A stretch of 64,000 nt of DNA from Nemertoderma westbladi (Eukaryota > Animalia > Xenacoelomorpha), in the NCBI GenBank assembly GCA_032718475.1, contig JAUCBJ010003079.1, positions 4,278 through 68,277 of the forward strand. Reading direction: 5' to 3'. Below the pieces are notes generated by a model. That model searched no databases and was not told the DNA's origin. It was given only the letters and a program-made list of their open reading frames with translations. Shown here one piece after another: positions 39,601-52,141 of this stretch (within the stretch, counting starts at the first letter, position 1; every line of letters begins with the position of its first letter). The position numbers and the translations under genes are program-made.

Positions 39601-42600
39601 CTATCGTCCCCAACACCCCCACTTCTTTTCTTGGGGGCTATCGTCCCCAACACCCCCACTTCTTTTCTTGGGGGCTATCGTCCCCAACACCCCCACTTCT
39701 TTTCTTGGGGGCTATCGTCGCCAACACCCCCACTTCTTTTCTTGGGGGCTATCGTCCCCAACACCCCCACTTCTTTTCTTGGGGGCTATCGTCCCCAACA
39801 CCCCCACTTCTTTTCTTGGGGGCTATCGTCCCCAACACCCCCACTTCTTTTCTTGGGGGCTATCGTCCCCAACACCCCCACTTCTTTTCTTGGGGGCTAT
39901 CGTCCCCAACACCCCCACTTCTTTTCTTGGGGGCTATCGTCGCCAACACCCCCACTTCTTTTCTTGGGGGCTATCGTCCCCAACACCCCCAATTCTTTTC
40001 TTGGGGGCTATCGTCCCCAACACCCCCACTTCTTTTCTTGGGGGCTATCGTCGCCAACACCCCCACTTCTTTTCTTGGGGGCTATCGTCCCCAACACCCC
40101 CACTTCTTTTCTTGGGGGCTATTGTCCCCAGCATCCCCACTTCTTTTCTTGGGGGCTATCGTCGCCAACACCCCCACTTCTTTTCTTGGGGGCTATCGTC
40201 CCCAACACCCCCACTTCTTTTCTTGGGGGCTATCGTCCCCAACACCCCCACTTCTTTTCTTGGGGGCTATCGTCGCCAACACCCCCACTTCTTTTCTTGG
40301 GGGCTATCGTCCCCAACACCCCCACTTCTTTTCTTGGGGGCTATCGTCCCCAACACCCCCACTTCTTTTCTTGGGGGCTATCGTCGCCAACACCCCCACT
40401 TCTTTTCTTGGGGGCTATCGTCCCCAACACCCCCACTTCTTTTCTTGGGGGCTATTGTCCCCAGCATCCCCACTTCTTTTCTTGGGGGCTATCGTCGCCA
40501 ACACCCCCACTTCTTTTCTTGGGGGCTATCGTCCCCAACACCCCCACTTCTTTTCTTGGGGCCTATCGTCCCCAACACCCCCACTTCATTTCTTGGGGGC
40601 TATCGTCGCCAACACCCCCACTTCTTTTCTTGGGGGCTATCGTCCCCAACACCCCCACTTCTTTTCTTGGGGGCTATCGTCCCCAACACCCCCACTTCTT
40701 TTCTTGGGGGCTATCGTCCCCAACACCCCCACTTCTTTTCTTGGGGGCTATCGTCCCCAACACCCCCACTTCTTTTCTTGGGGGCTATCGTCGCCAACAC
40801 CCCCACTTCTTTTCTTGGGGGCTATCGTCCCCAACACCCCCACTTCTTTTCTTGGGGGCTATCGTCCCCAACACCCCCACTTCTTTTCTTGGGGGCTATC
40901 GTCGCCAACACCCCCACTTCTTTTCTTGGGGGCTATCGTCCCCAACACCCCCACTTCTTTTCTTGGGGGCTATCGTCCCCAACACCCCCACTTCTTTTCT
41001 TGGGGGCTATCGTCGCCAACACCCCCACTTCTTTTCTTGGGGGCTATCGTCCCCAACACCCCCACTTCTTTTCTTGGGGGCTATCGTCGCCAACACCCCC
41101 ACTTCTTTTCTTGGGGGCTATCGTCCCCAACACCCCCACTTCTTTTCTTGGGGGCTATCGTCGCCAACACCCCCACTTCTTTTCTTGGGGGCTATCGTCC
41201 CCAACACCCCCACTTCTTTTCTTGGGGGCTATCGTCCCCAACACCCCCACTTCTTTTCTTGGGGGCTATCGTCGCCAACACCCCCACTTCTTTTCTTGGG
41301 GGCTATCGTCCCCAACACCCCCACTTCTTTTCTTGGGGGCTATTGTCCCCAGCATCCCCACTTCTTTTCTTGGGGGCTATCGTCGCCAACACCCCCACTT
41401 CTTTTCTTGGGGGCTATCGTCCCCAACACCCCCACTTCTTTTCTTGGGGGCTATCGTCCCCAACACCCCCACTTCTTTTCTTGGGGGCTATCGTCGCCAA
41501 CACCCCCACTTCTTTTCTTGGGGGCTATCGTCCCCAACACCCCCAATTCTTTTCTTGGGGGCTATCGTCCCCAACACCCCCACTTCTTTTCTTGGGGGCT
41601 ATCGTCGCCAACACCCCCACTTCTTTTCTTGGGGGCTATCGTCCCCAACACCCCCACTTCTTTTCTTGGGGGCTATTGTCCCCAGCATCCCCACTTCTTT
41701 TCTTGGGGGCTATCGTCGCCAACACCCCCACTTCTTTTCTTGGGGGCTATCGTCCCCAACACCCCCACTTCTTTTCTTGTGGCCTATCGTCCCCAACACC
41801 CCCACTTCATTTCTTGGGGGCTATCGTCGCCAACACCCCCACTTCTTTTCTTGGGGGCTATCGTCCCCAACACCCCCACTTCTTTTCTTGGGGGCTATCG
41901 TCGCCAACACCCCCACTTCTTTTCTTGGGGGCTATCGTCCCCAACACCCCCACTTCTTTTCTTGGGGGCTATCGTCCCCAACACCCCCACTTCTTTTCTT
42001 GTGGCCTATCGTCCCCAACACCCCCACTTCTTTTCTTGGGGGCTATCGTCGCCAACACCCCCACTTCTTTTCTTGGGGGCTATCGTCCCCAACACCCCCA
42101 CTTCTTTTCTTGGGGGCTATTGTCCCCAGCATCCCCACTTCTTTTCTTGGGGGCTATCGTCCCCAACACCCCCACTTCTTTTCTTGGGGGCTATCGTCCC
42201 CAACACCCCCACTTCTTTTCTTGGGGGCTATCGTCCCCAACCCCCCACTTCTTTTCTTGTGGGCTATCGTCCCCAACACCCCCACTTCTTTTCTTGGGGG
42301 CTATCGTCCCCAACACCCCAACTTCTTTTCTTGGGGGCTATCGTCCCCAACACCCCCACTTCTTTTCTTGGGGGCTATCGTCCCCAACACCCCCACTTCT
42401 TTTCTTGGGGGCTATCGTCGCCAACACCCCCACTTCTTTTCTTGGGGGCAATCGTCCCCAACACCCCCACTTCTTTTCTTGGGGGCTATCGTCCCCAACA
42501 CCCCCACTTCTTTTCTTGGGGGCTATCGTCGCCAACACCCCCACTTCTTTTCTTGGGGGCTATCGTCCCCAACACCCCCAATTCTTTTCTTGGGGGCTAT

Positions 42601-44622
42601 CGTCCCCAACACCCCCACTTCTTTTCTTGGGGGCTATCGTCGCCAACACCCCCACTTCTTTTCTTGGGGGCTATCGTCCCCAACACCCCCACTTCTTTTC
42701 TTGGGGGCTATTGTCCCCAGCATCCCCACTTCTTTTCTTGGGGGCTATCGTCGCCAACACCCCCACTTCTTTTCTTGGGGGCTATCGTCCCCAACACCCC
42801 CACTTCTTTTCTTGTGGCCTATCGTCCCCAACACCCCCACTTCATTTCTTGGGGGCTATCGTCGCCAACACCCCCACTTCTTTTCTTGGGGGCTTATCGT
42901 CCCCAACACCCCCACTTCTTTTCTTGGGGACTATCGTCCCCAACACCCGCATTTCTTTTCTTGGGGGCTATCGTCCCCAACACCCCCACTTCTTTTCTTG
43001 GGGGCTATTGTCCCCAGCATCCCCACTTCTTTTCTTGGGGGCTATCGTCGCCAACACCCCCACTTCTTTTCTTGGGGGCTATCGTCCCCAACACCCCCAC
43101 TTCTTTTCTTGGGGGATATCGTCCCCAACACCCCCACTTCTTTTCTTGTGGGCTATCGTCCCCAACACCCCCACTTCTTTTCTTGGGGGCTATCGTCCCC
43201 AACACCCCCACTTCTTTTCTTGGGGGCTATCGTCCCCAACCCCCCACTTATTTTCTTGTGGGCTATCGTCCCCAACACCCCCACTTCTTTTCTTGGGGGC
43301 TATCGTCCCCAACACCCCAACTTCTTTTCTTGGGGGCTATCGTCCCCAACACCCCCACTTCTTTTCTTGGGGGCTATCGTCCCCAACACCCCCACTTCTT
43401 TTCTTGGGGGCTATCGTCCCCAACACCCCCACTTCTTTTCTTGTGGGCTATCGTCCCCAACACCCCCACTTCTTTTCTTGGGGGCTATCGTCCCCAACAC
43501 CCCCACTTCTTTTCTTGGGGGATATCGTCCCCAACACCCCCACTTCTTTTCTTGGGGGCTATCATCCCCAACACCCCCACTTCTTTTCTTGGGGGATATC
43601 GTCCCCAACACCCCAACTTCTTTTCTTGGGGGCTATCGTCCCCAACACCCCCACTTCTTTTCTTGGGGGCTATCGTCCCCAACACCCCCACTTCTTTTCT
43701 TGTGGGCTATCGTCCCCAACACCCCCACTTCTTTTCTTAGGGTCTATCGTCCCCAACACCCCCACTTCTTTTCTTGGGGGATATCGTCCCCAACACCCCC
43801 ACTTATTTTCTTGGAGGCTATCATCCCCAACACCCCCACTTCTTTTCTTGGGGGATATCGTCCCCAACACCCCAACTACTTTTCTTGGGGGCTATCGTCC
43901 CCAACACCCCCACTTCTTTTCTTGGGGTCTATCGTCGCCAACACCCCCACTTCTTTTCTTGGGGGCTATCGTCCCCAACACCCCCACTTCTTTTCTTGGG
44001 GGCTATCGTCCCCAACACCCCCACTTCTTTTCTTGGGGGCTATCGTCGCCAACACCCCCACTTCTTTTCTTGTGGGCTATCGTCCCCAACACCCCAACTT
44101 CTTTTCTTGGGGGCTATCGTCCCCAACACCCCCACTTCTTTTCTTGGGGGCTATCGTCCCCAACACCCCCACTTCTTTTCTTGTGGGCTATCGTCCCCAA
44201 CACCCCCACTTCTTTTCTTAGGGTCTATCGTCCCCAACACCCCCACTTCTTTTCTTGGGGGATATCGTCCCCAACACCCCCACTTATTTTCTTGGAGGCT
44301 ATCATCCCCAACACCCCCACTTCTTTTCTTGGGGGATATCGTCCCCAACACCCCAACTACTTTTCTTGGGGGCTATCGTCCCCAACACCCCCACTTCTTT
44401 TCTTGGGGTCTATCGTCGCCAACACCCCCACTTCTTTTCTTGGGGGCTATCGTCCCCAACACCCCCACTTCTTTTCTTGGGGGCTATCGTCCCCAACACC
44501 CCCACTTCTTTTCTTGGGGGCTATCGTCGCCAACACCCCCACTTCTTTTCTTGGGGGCTATCGTCCCCAACACCCCCACTTCTTTTCTTGGGGGCTATCG
44601 TCCCCAACACCCCCACTTCTTT
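36674..44622. repeat. 37-bp minisatellite (GGGCTATCGTCCCCAACACCCCCACTTCTTTTCTTGG), about 215 copies
   Basis: Direct periodicity with high homogeneity; explains the 1961-2626 aa plus-strand ORFs. Confidence 0.98.
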
Positions 44623-44875
44623 AATAAAAACAGTATATCATTCGGGAGATGGAATTTATAGGTCATCTAATTAATTGTTTAAAGATTAGCAAACGATACG
44701 ATGTAATTGCATTGATAAAATCCTTAAATAAAACTTGGATATAAAATGTAAAATCGGGATGCAAAAGATCACTTTCTGAGCTACGAAAGGAAAATTGGAT
44801 ACAACTTGTCTGGATACAAGCGGTCCGTTTACCTTAAAAAATAAAAAATACGAATGTGCGAAGTTAAGAACAGTC

Positions 44876-45090
44876 GTGGGGGGGAGGGGGGGAGTGTCCG
44901 GGGCGAAGTGTCTGGGGGGGGGGGGGGGAGTGTCCGGGGGGGAAGTGTCCTACTTTAACAGGGGAAACTGTCCGGGGGATAAGTGTCTGGAGGGGAAGTG
45001 TCTGGGGAGAAAGTGTCCGGGGGAAATGTCTTAGTTAAACGGGGGGGGGGGGGGGGGGGGGGATACTGTCCGGGGGAGGGGAGTGTTCGA
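44876..45090 (+). repeat. G-rich low-complexity tract of GGGGGAAGTGTCY-like units with poly-G runs (15 G at 44914-44928, 22 G at 45041-45062)
   Basis: Repeated AGTGTCCGGGG / AGTGTCTGGGG motifs read directly. Confidence 0.8.
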
Positions 45091-45434
45091 ACACCATAAT
45101 TTTCTGTTTAATGTCAAATGCACAGCAACATAAAAAGTTTTGAATCATATACAATGCGAGTGAATATACGTGTGAAGATAATGTGTGAACAAATAAATGT
45201 TATCCATGAAATAACCTTGGTCGTTAGGGGGCGTACTAATGTATAGATTGGAGTGTTTTTATGAGTGCAAACATCATGTATTCTTCACACGGCTGGATTT
45301 AGCTTTAAAATAACTTATAAGATTTTTACTTTCGTTTGACGGCCATGTGAAGAAAACGTGAGAAGAAACTTTTTTTGTGAACATAACAGGTATTATGACA
45401 CATATGATGTGATCAAAACATGCACCATCCCCGG

Positions 45435-45471
45435 ACACACACACACACACTAACACACACACACACACACA
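45435..45471. repeat. (CA)n microsatellite, interrupted
   Basis: Direct reading. Confidence 0.9.
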
Positions 45472-46165
45472 TTACGGTAATAATGGTCACCTATGTCAAG
45501 GACCGTGAACCAATAAAAGTGGCGCATATTATTGTACATTTACAACAACAATTATATAAATGCAATATGCCTGATCCCTATTAATGTACTTTGTACCGCC
45601 AATTCTGTAATTCAATAACGCAAAGCCGCGTTTACTGTACAGCAGCACGTAATATATTTGATACTTATTATACTAACTAAACTAACAAACCGCAAGGCCT
45701 ACTTACCGAAATAAATTAACTTTCAGTTAAATACAATATACTTGTTTGCTCTGTAAAAATTTTAATTAAAAACAATCCTGCCATTTAATATACCTAATTA
45801 GCATGGTTGCGTAAGCAGTATGAATTGGAATGAAATTGTGAAATAATTTATTTAAACTATTATGTACATTTAGATTAAATAATAATACAGTAAGTTGGCC
45901 TACAGAAATAAACATTGATATTCGGAACAGTAAAACAATTATTTATTTCATTCATTCAACTAACCAGAGAGACTCATAGCTCCAGTGAATATTAACATCC
46001 CGACGTTACTTTAGTAATAATATTAATGTCATTGAACCCGATACACACACACCTCCAATCAGCCAGTTCAATGGAGAGTGAGTGAATGGATGGCTACTAG
46101 CAGCAGCAGCAGTCTGCCTCTTACAAGCAAGGCTGACTGAATACCTCAAGTGTTGCTGGGAATCA

Positions 46166-46726
46166 AGCCAACTTGGATGTTAACCAATAAATGAGCAGTA
46201 TTTAATGAGAATACATTTTTTATGCCGGTTTAATTACTTTAGATCAATTAAAGACACGATTATTAAAGCAAATCACTTGAACTAATTAAAAACTATAATA
46301 GAATGGAGTATGCGGATTACATCTGTATATTTTTTAAGTATAATTATTGAAGTCTTATACTGTAAAACAATTAATTTCCTTTAAAAGGCAGGTTGAAAAT
46401 GGTGTTTTTACCGTAATCAACTTAATTAACTAATTAACTGCTATTATCTTAGCTTCTCGAAGGCCACACGGAAATTCTACTTGGAAAATTTCTAAACTTT
46501 TGCCATACAACATGTGTACCAAGTTTGGATAGATTTCATCAAAGATTGGCCGAGTTATTAACGTTTAAAATTGAACACGACAGAACGACAGAACGACAGA
46601 ACGACAGAACGACAGGTTGATTAATGGTACCACTACGCTAAGGCTCACTCACTTCGTGGCTCGCCCCACAGGTTGATTAATGGTACCACTACGCTAAGGC
46701 TCACTCACTTCGTGGCTCGCCCCACA
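46166..46726 (-). mobile_element. Non-autonomous interspersed element (HINE/DINE-1-like, Helentron-associated), copy A, with a 56-bp terminal tandem duplication
   Basis: About 505 bp is near-identical in inverted orientation to 56543-57046; has a (GACAGAAC)n microsatellite next to a GC-rich terminus with a CAC-GAA-GTG mini-hairpin. The family assignment is inferred from architecture. Confidence 0.7.
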
Positions 46727-47099
46727 TGATGCCACTTCGTCAGAAAGCGGGACACATCAATAGAATTACAGGAAAACAATTAATATGTGCCTGGATTGAA
46801 AATTATACAAGATATTCATTAATAAAAAGTACCTTCCCGCGTTAAATTTTAATGCGGTTTTAATGAACTATTATTTATTCAGTTTTTGTTGGGAGAACCA
46901 TGTGAACGAACCCCTAAATTTGTATAAAATTTTGGATAATAATTTAACAATTTAACAATCACATTTTTCGAATTTTTTTTGCTCCACTAGAAAATAGACA
47001 TGTTGAACATGTAATTATTACACTTCTTATGTATTTTTGAACTAATTTACAAGTGAAATTCTCGAACTCTCACATAATGATAGCAATCATAAATGTAAT

Positions 47100-48995
47100 G
47101 TGATAAAGTTAAAACGGCATTGAAAATTGATTTATCTGTTCTTTAGAGCGATTATAACTTTTGGTTATTGGTCTCCCTCACTCACCCTACCTATAAAATT
47201 ATCAATAATTGTTTTCAAAATAAAAATCTGATCTACTGTAGAACGACCACCTCGAAACCAAGCTTGAGCTGCAATTATTATCGCAAACCCCTCAGCCCAC
47301 CATTGGAGTCGTCCGTTTAATATAAGCGGCAATAATTTATCCCTTTTAATACCTCTATGGTTGTTAGAGTCTAACCTTGTACCTTTATTTTTGTAGATGG
47401 GTGTAATAATACCATCAGTAGTCCAACTGTCTGGGAAATAACCACAATGGAGGGCTGCATTAAATATGCTCGTAACAACTGGGATAAAGTTTCCGCTCCC
47501 ACTATGAAAAATTCGTTTAAAATACCATCAAAACCCGGTGTTTTATTACTACGTAACCTATTGATAGTCATGGCAACCTCCTCCTCCTCCAAAGGCATAC
47601 AGATATAATTTTCAAAAATATGTTTGGCTAAAGCAAAGTCGTTATTATTATTATTAGGGGGCAGCCCAACGTCCATATCCTCAAAGCTCGATCCTTCCTC
47701 GTTCAGCGCCCTGAAATGGGACGCAAATACCTCCGCACTTATTAGAGATTGCTGTGGGCTACTTGAACCGCACTTATTAGAGATTGCTGTGGGCTACTTG
47801 AACCGCACTTATTGGAGATTGCTGTGGACGGCTACTTGAACCCCGGCAACTCTGCCTTAATAGTTTCCAGAATTTTGTTGAGTCTACAATTTTAAATTTC
47901 CGCAACTTGTCCGACCTCCCACAATTAAAGTAGTCAAAACGAGCTTTACGAAGTACCCTCCAGTATTGGGTCCTCATTTTCATCATAACAGCGTTCGACG
48001 TTGCGTCACCCTTATCCTTAAAGCTTCCCAGTGCCTGCCTAAAGGCATCTCTAGCTACCGCACAGTTTTCATTAAACCAAGGGGCATTATTACTGGCACG
48101 GTAAACACCATTATTATCAACTTTAAAATAAATACGGCTACATTACTTAAAATATCGGTAAACCCCGTTACGGCTGCATCAACCTTACTTGATGCCTTAT
48201 AAGCGGTTCCATACATAAGACATTGTCCAACACCTTGTCAAATATAAGCTGTGTTGCATCCGAGTTTAATGCATCTCTAAAGTCCCCACTTTTTGTTTGC
48301 AGAAATTTTCGGCTATTGGCTAACTTACCAGCAGTAACATTGGTTCTATTACCATAAGATTCACTGCTACAGTAGTATTCACTGCCACTAATGTTAAAAA
48401 CGGCTGATACGGTACAATGAGGCGATAAACTGTTAGGGTCGCCTATACTAAAATATTTGCAGGCCGTGATCATTGAGATATTACCCAAAATGTAATCTAT
48501 TGTAGACTTACGAACCCCATGCCTCACTCAGTCACTATAATAATGTAAAGTTACCCACCCCCTTATCCGCTACCACACGACCATTTAATATCTTTAAGTT
48601 GCTAAACCGACAGAGAGAAATCAATTTCTCACCATGTATGTTAGTAATCGAATCAGGATCCGAATCGAATCCGAATCCGGATCCGATTGGAACGGATCTT
48701 AGTACCATTTGGCCAGTCATTATTATCATGAAAAACGTATTCATCGGGTAACAAATCATTAAAACCAGTAAACAAAGAATCATGACAGACATAATCCAAT
48801 AAAATTTAGATCTCCAACTATTATAAAATCAGTAGTATCAACATTCTGGTATAAAGAAACACCTTCTAGAATTTTATCAAACAAACAACCAGAATCATTA
48901 AAATAGCTAAGAGAATCATGAGGTGGAATATACGCAGCACAGATAATCGGTTTACCTACAAATTTAAGCCATAATAAATCTTCACTTGTCACGTA
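47100..48995 (-). mobile_element. Decayed non-LTR retrotransposon ORF2 fragment (APE endonuclease plus N-terminal reverse transcriptase; L2/CR1-group-like)
   Basis: Collinear motifs over frameshifted ORFs: AAYIPP...IIVGDLN, NIHGEKLISLC...LKILNGR...GNFT, STIDY, PWF, KFWKLL, EVAMTINRLRSNKTPGFDGILNEF, NHRGI, QAWFRGGRSTVDQIFIL. Confidence 0.88.
47733..47842. repeat. 35-bp tandem triplication inside the LINE remnant
   Basis: CCGCACTTATTAGAGATTGCTGTGGGCTACTTGAA starts at 47733, 47768 and (variant) 47803. Confidence 0.9.
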
Positions 48996-49636
48996 GGCCT
49001 GTTATCTTTGTCTTGTCCATATTAACTTCCATATTATTGGTTATATTGGTTATACACCAGGTGTGAGTCATTCACGACGATTCATTAATTGAATACGTAC
49101 AATAAAACGTAAAACACTAATGTATCAGGGGAAAATTTTCAGTTACCGAGTTTTATGGCACTATATTTTATGAATTTTAACGATAATTTAGAGAATAAAT
49201 AAAGATAAAAAAAAGAATTTTAAATTTAGCGAAATTTAAGTTTAAGGTTTCATAAGTAAATACTTTATGTAGTTAATCGTTTTTTAGTAGTTAAGTTTGT
49301 TTTATTTCCGTTTTATGGGCACTATAAGCTTAGCTTCCTCGCCCTGTAATATATAAATATTTTTTATTTTTATTTTTTATTAATACATAAACATAAAAGC
49401 AATTCAGATGGTATATCACCTACAAATAAGTTATGTTGTGTTACATGGGATAAGTCGTTCTCTCCAGTTACTATGCTGTCTCGTCAGACGTCAGCACTCA
49501 TCGGGGTCTCCTTAGATACCCAAATCAAATATATGAATATTTGAAATAAAATTACCAAGAAAATAATGTCCTGTCAGGAATTAAGTTTCAAGAATATAAT
49601 ATAATAATATGTTTTATGCAAACAGGAAGGAACAAT

Positions 49637-50804
49637 TGGCCACGAGAAAAGGGACCTTATGTCGCAAAACCTGATTCTGAGATAATCGCGTTTAATGTTT
49701 CCCTCTATTTTTGAACAAATTTAATTGGATTATCGATTATTTAGAAATGTATAAAACGATGAGGGAAATTCAAATTGGTTCTGATATTCAATATACCTAG
49801 GAAATAACTGATTACGGGAAGCAATATAACATGTTGCAGTGTTGTATATCCCACTGTTTTAGGGTTTTCATGTCTGAATTTAGGTCTGTAATAAAATTGT
49901 ACTAACTGTAATATGTAGGTACTGTAGGCCTACAGTTATTTTTTAAATGCAATATGGCTGTCATTTTGTTAATTTCTGTTCGTTGGTTCTGAAAATTTGT
50001 AAGCACCTACTGCGATATTAATTGACACTGAAGAATGAATCCCAGACTGTAATTTTCAATAGTCTTCCGCTAGGGGGCGATAATGTTCGAGAATGTAAAT
50101 TGCTTGTCATTTTCTTAATTCCTGTCCGTTTGTTTTGAAATTTTGTAGAAACCTTCTACAATATAAAATTATACTGGAGAATTAATCCTAGACTGTAATA
50201 TTCAATTGTCTGCCGATAGGGCACGATAATGTTCTAAAATGTAAATTGCTTGTCATTTTGTTAATTTCTGTCCGTTTGTTTTGAAATTTTCTAGACACCT
50301 TCTACGATATGGGTGGGACAAGGTGGACAAACATCTACAACATTCCCAATAAAGAATTAAAAATACGAATAATTTTAAATTTTGTAAAAAAAAAATTTTT
50401 TGAAAAAAAATTATCTTTTTTGGAAAAAATTTTAAATTAAAAAAAATTTTTTTTGGATAAATGTTTTTTTGAAAATTTTGAAATTTTTTTTTTAAAGAGT
50501 TCATTAACAATATTAATAGTTTCAAAGTGTTAAAAGTTGTATAAAAAGCCGAATAACATTGAGCTGCCTAGCTATATAGTAAGAATTGCTATGATATTAT
50601 TAATATTTTCCATTTTTTTTAATAAAAAAATTATTTTGAAAAGAGCTACCCGATTCACCTTCACATAAATCGCTATAACTTTTTTTTGGAAATAGATATT
50701 GAGACACAGTTTTTTTGTTAAAATCTCTGGAAAATTCTGCATCTCATAGGCCTAATAACTCAAAATCGACCTCCGGTGACATAAGGTCCCTTTTCTCGTG
50801 GCCA
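49637..50804. mobile_element. Non-autonomous DNA transposon / MITE-like element (~1.17 kb), superfamily unassigned
   Basis: Perfect 27-bp inverted repeats TGGCCACGAGAAAAGGGACCTTATGTC (49637-49663) and its reverse complement (50778-50804); no coding capacity; no clear TSD. Confidence 0.8.
49959..50310. repeat. 146-bp diverged tandem repeat, about 2.4 copies
   Basis: TGTCATTTT anchor at 49959, 50105 and 50251 with collinear downstream sequence. Confidence 0.85.
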
Positions 50805-52141
50805 GCCACATATAGCCTTTATTCCTCTTTTAATAATTCACATCCTTTGTCAGAATATTATTTATATAATATAATAAATTAGGTAATGTAGATGGGGAAG
50901 ATTATCACTTTTAGTAGGCCTAATGACTCTTCAGTTTATAGTTCCGAAAAGGCTTACCGGTAACGTTTTTATAACGACTCGCAATATAGGCCTAACGTAA
51001 GCTAATAAAGTGCTACTGTGCTGTAGATTGAAGTAAAATCAAGTATAAAATAGTTATAACTTTAATTTTACAATTATATATTATATTTTTTAATGCAGCA
51101 GCCAAATAAGATAATAAATTATTAAACACACTTAAGGGGGGGTGTACCCCCTCTTAAGTCGCGTAACAGTTTATAAATCGGGAGAAAATATCCACTCGAT
51201 AAAAAATGAAAAATTTGTCAAATCCGAATACACAGAACGAATAAAGAGTAATGAATCGAGCACAATTAGTAATTATTACTGTGTATGCGATGATCAATAA
51301 CATTAAATTGTAAATCTGTTATTTTTACATATAATCAATAATACTTTATATATTTATTGAGTTACCGTAGTTAATTGAGTAGGCCAAGTCCTATTAGACT
51401 ACTGTACCATATATGTATTTTATCAAAATATCTTGGAAAATTGTAACACAGGATAATATTTAATATATGTAGGTTATGACGAAAATAAAAATATATTGAA
51501 CAGTAACTTACCCATTCAGATGCACTGTAATATACTGCATATTAAGCAGATATGACGCAATCGCACATCTGATAAAATAAAAATGGTACCGGTAGCCTAC
51601 CTACACCCTTACTGGGGAACAATAATTACTCCGAACGGATAATAATGCACATTGGGTATAATATAGTACAATAATCAGATGACCCCAGACCCAATCGAAT
51701 TATTAGATTTCGCTAGGTTATTACTGTATTACTCATTAAAGTTACACATTTGAAGTTAACCAACTTGCAGATATAATGTTATGCATCAAAATGTACAATT
51801 ATTGGTGACAACGCATAACAAGTAAGGTAAAGTAAGTATTGTATATGCACAATCGGCAAATATATCAAACACCCAACCTTTATACTCAATTTTGGTGATA
51901 AGTATATTTAGGTAATCTCAATACTTAGGCAGTATTTTAGGACAATTAACTATTTGCTCACTTTTAGAACGTTTTAGCACGTTTAGAAGTTGTTCATAAA
52001 TTGATCAATTGATCATTGCGGTTCGAATGAGGCTAGTAAAATAAACCTCGCTTATTATCATCCCATAAACTACTTATTGTTGCTTCATCATCAATATGGA
52101 AAAGTTTAACAATAATCTATAAAATACTGTTATATTGTTTA

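Noticed and set aside
36707-44674. 2504, 2626 and 1961 aa ORFs
   Set aside because: Pure read-through of a 37-bp repeat in all three frames with non-ATG starts.
49478-49504. Second hammerhead-like motif on the minus strand (CCGATGA-GT...AC-GAGAC)
   Set aside because: Two core positions deviate and stems I and III could not be assigned.
50253-50525. 90-aa Lys/Phe-rich ORF
   Set aside because: Derives from alternating A and T homopolymer tracts.
51500-51520. Isolated minus-strand G|GTAAGT donor sites (also near 45700)
   Set aside because: No convincing matching acceptor or open exon could be identified.
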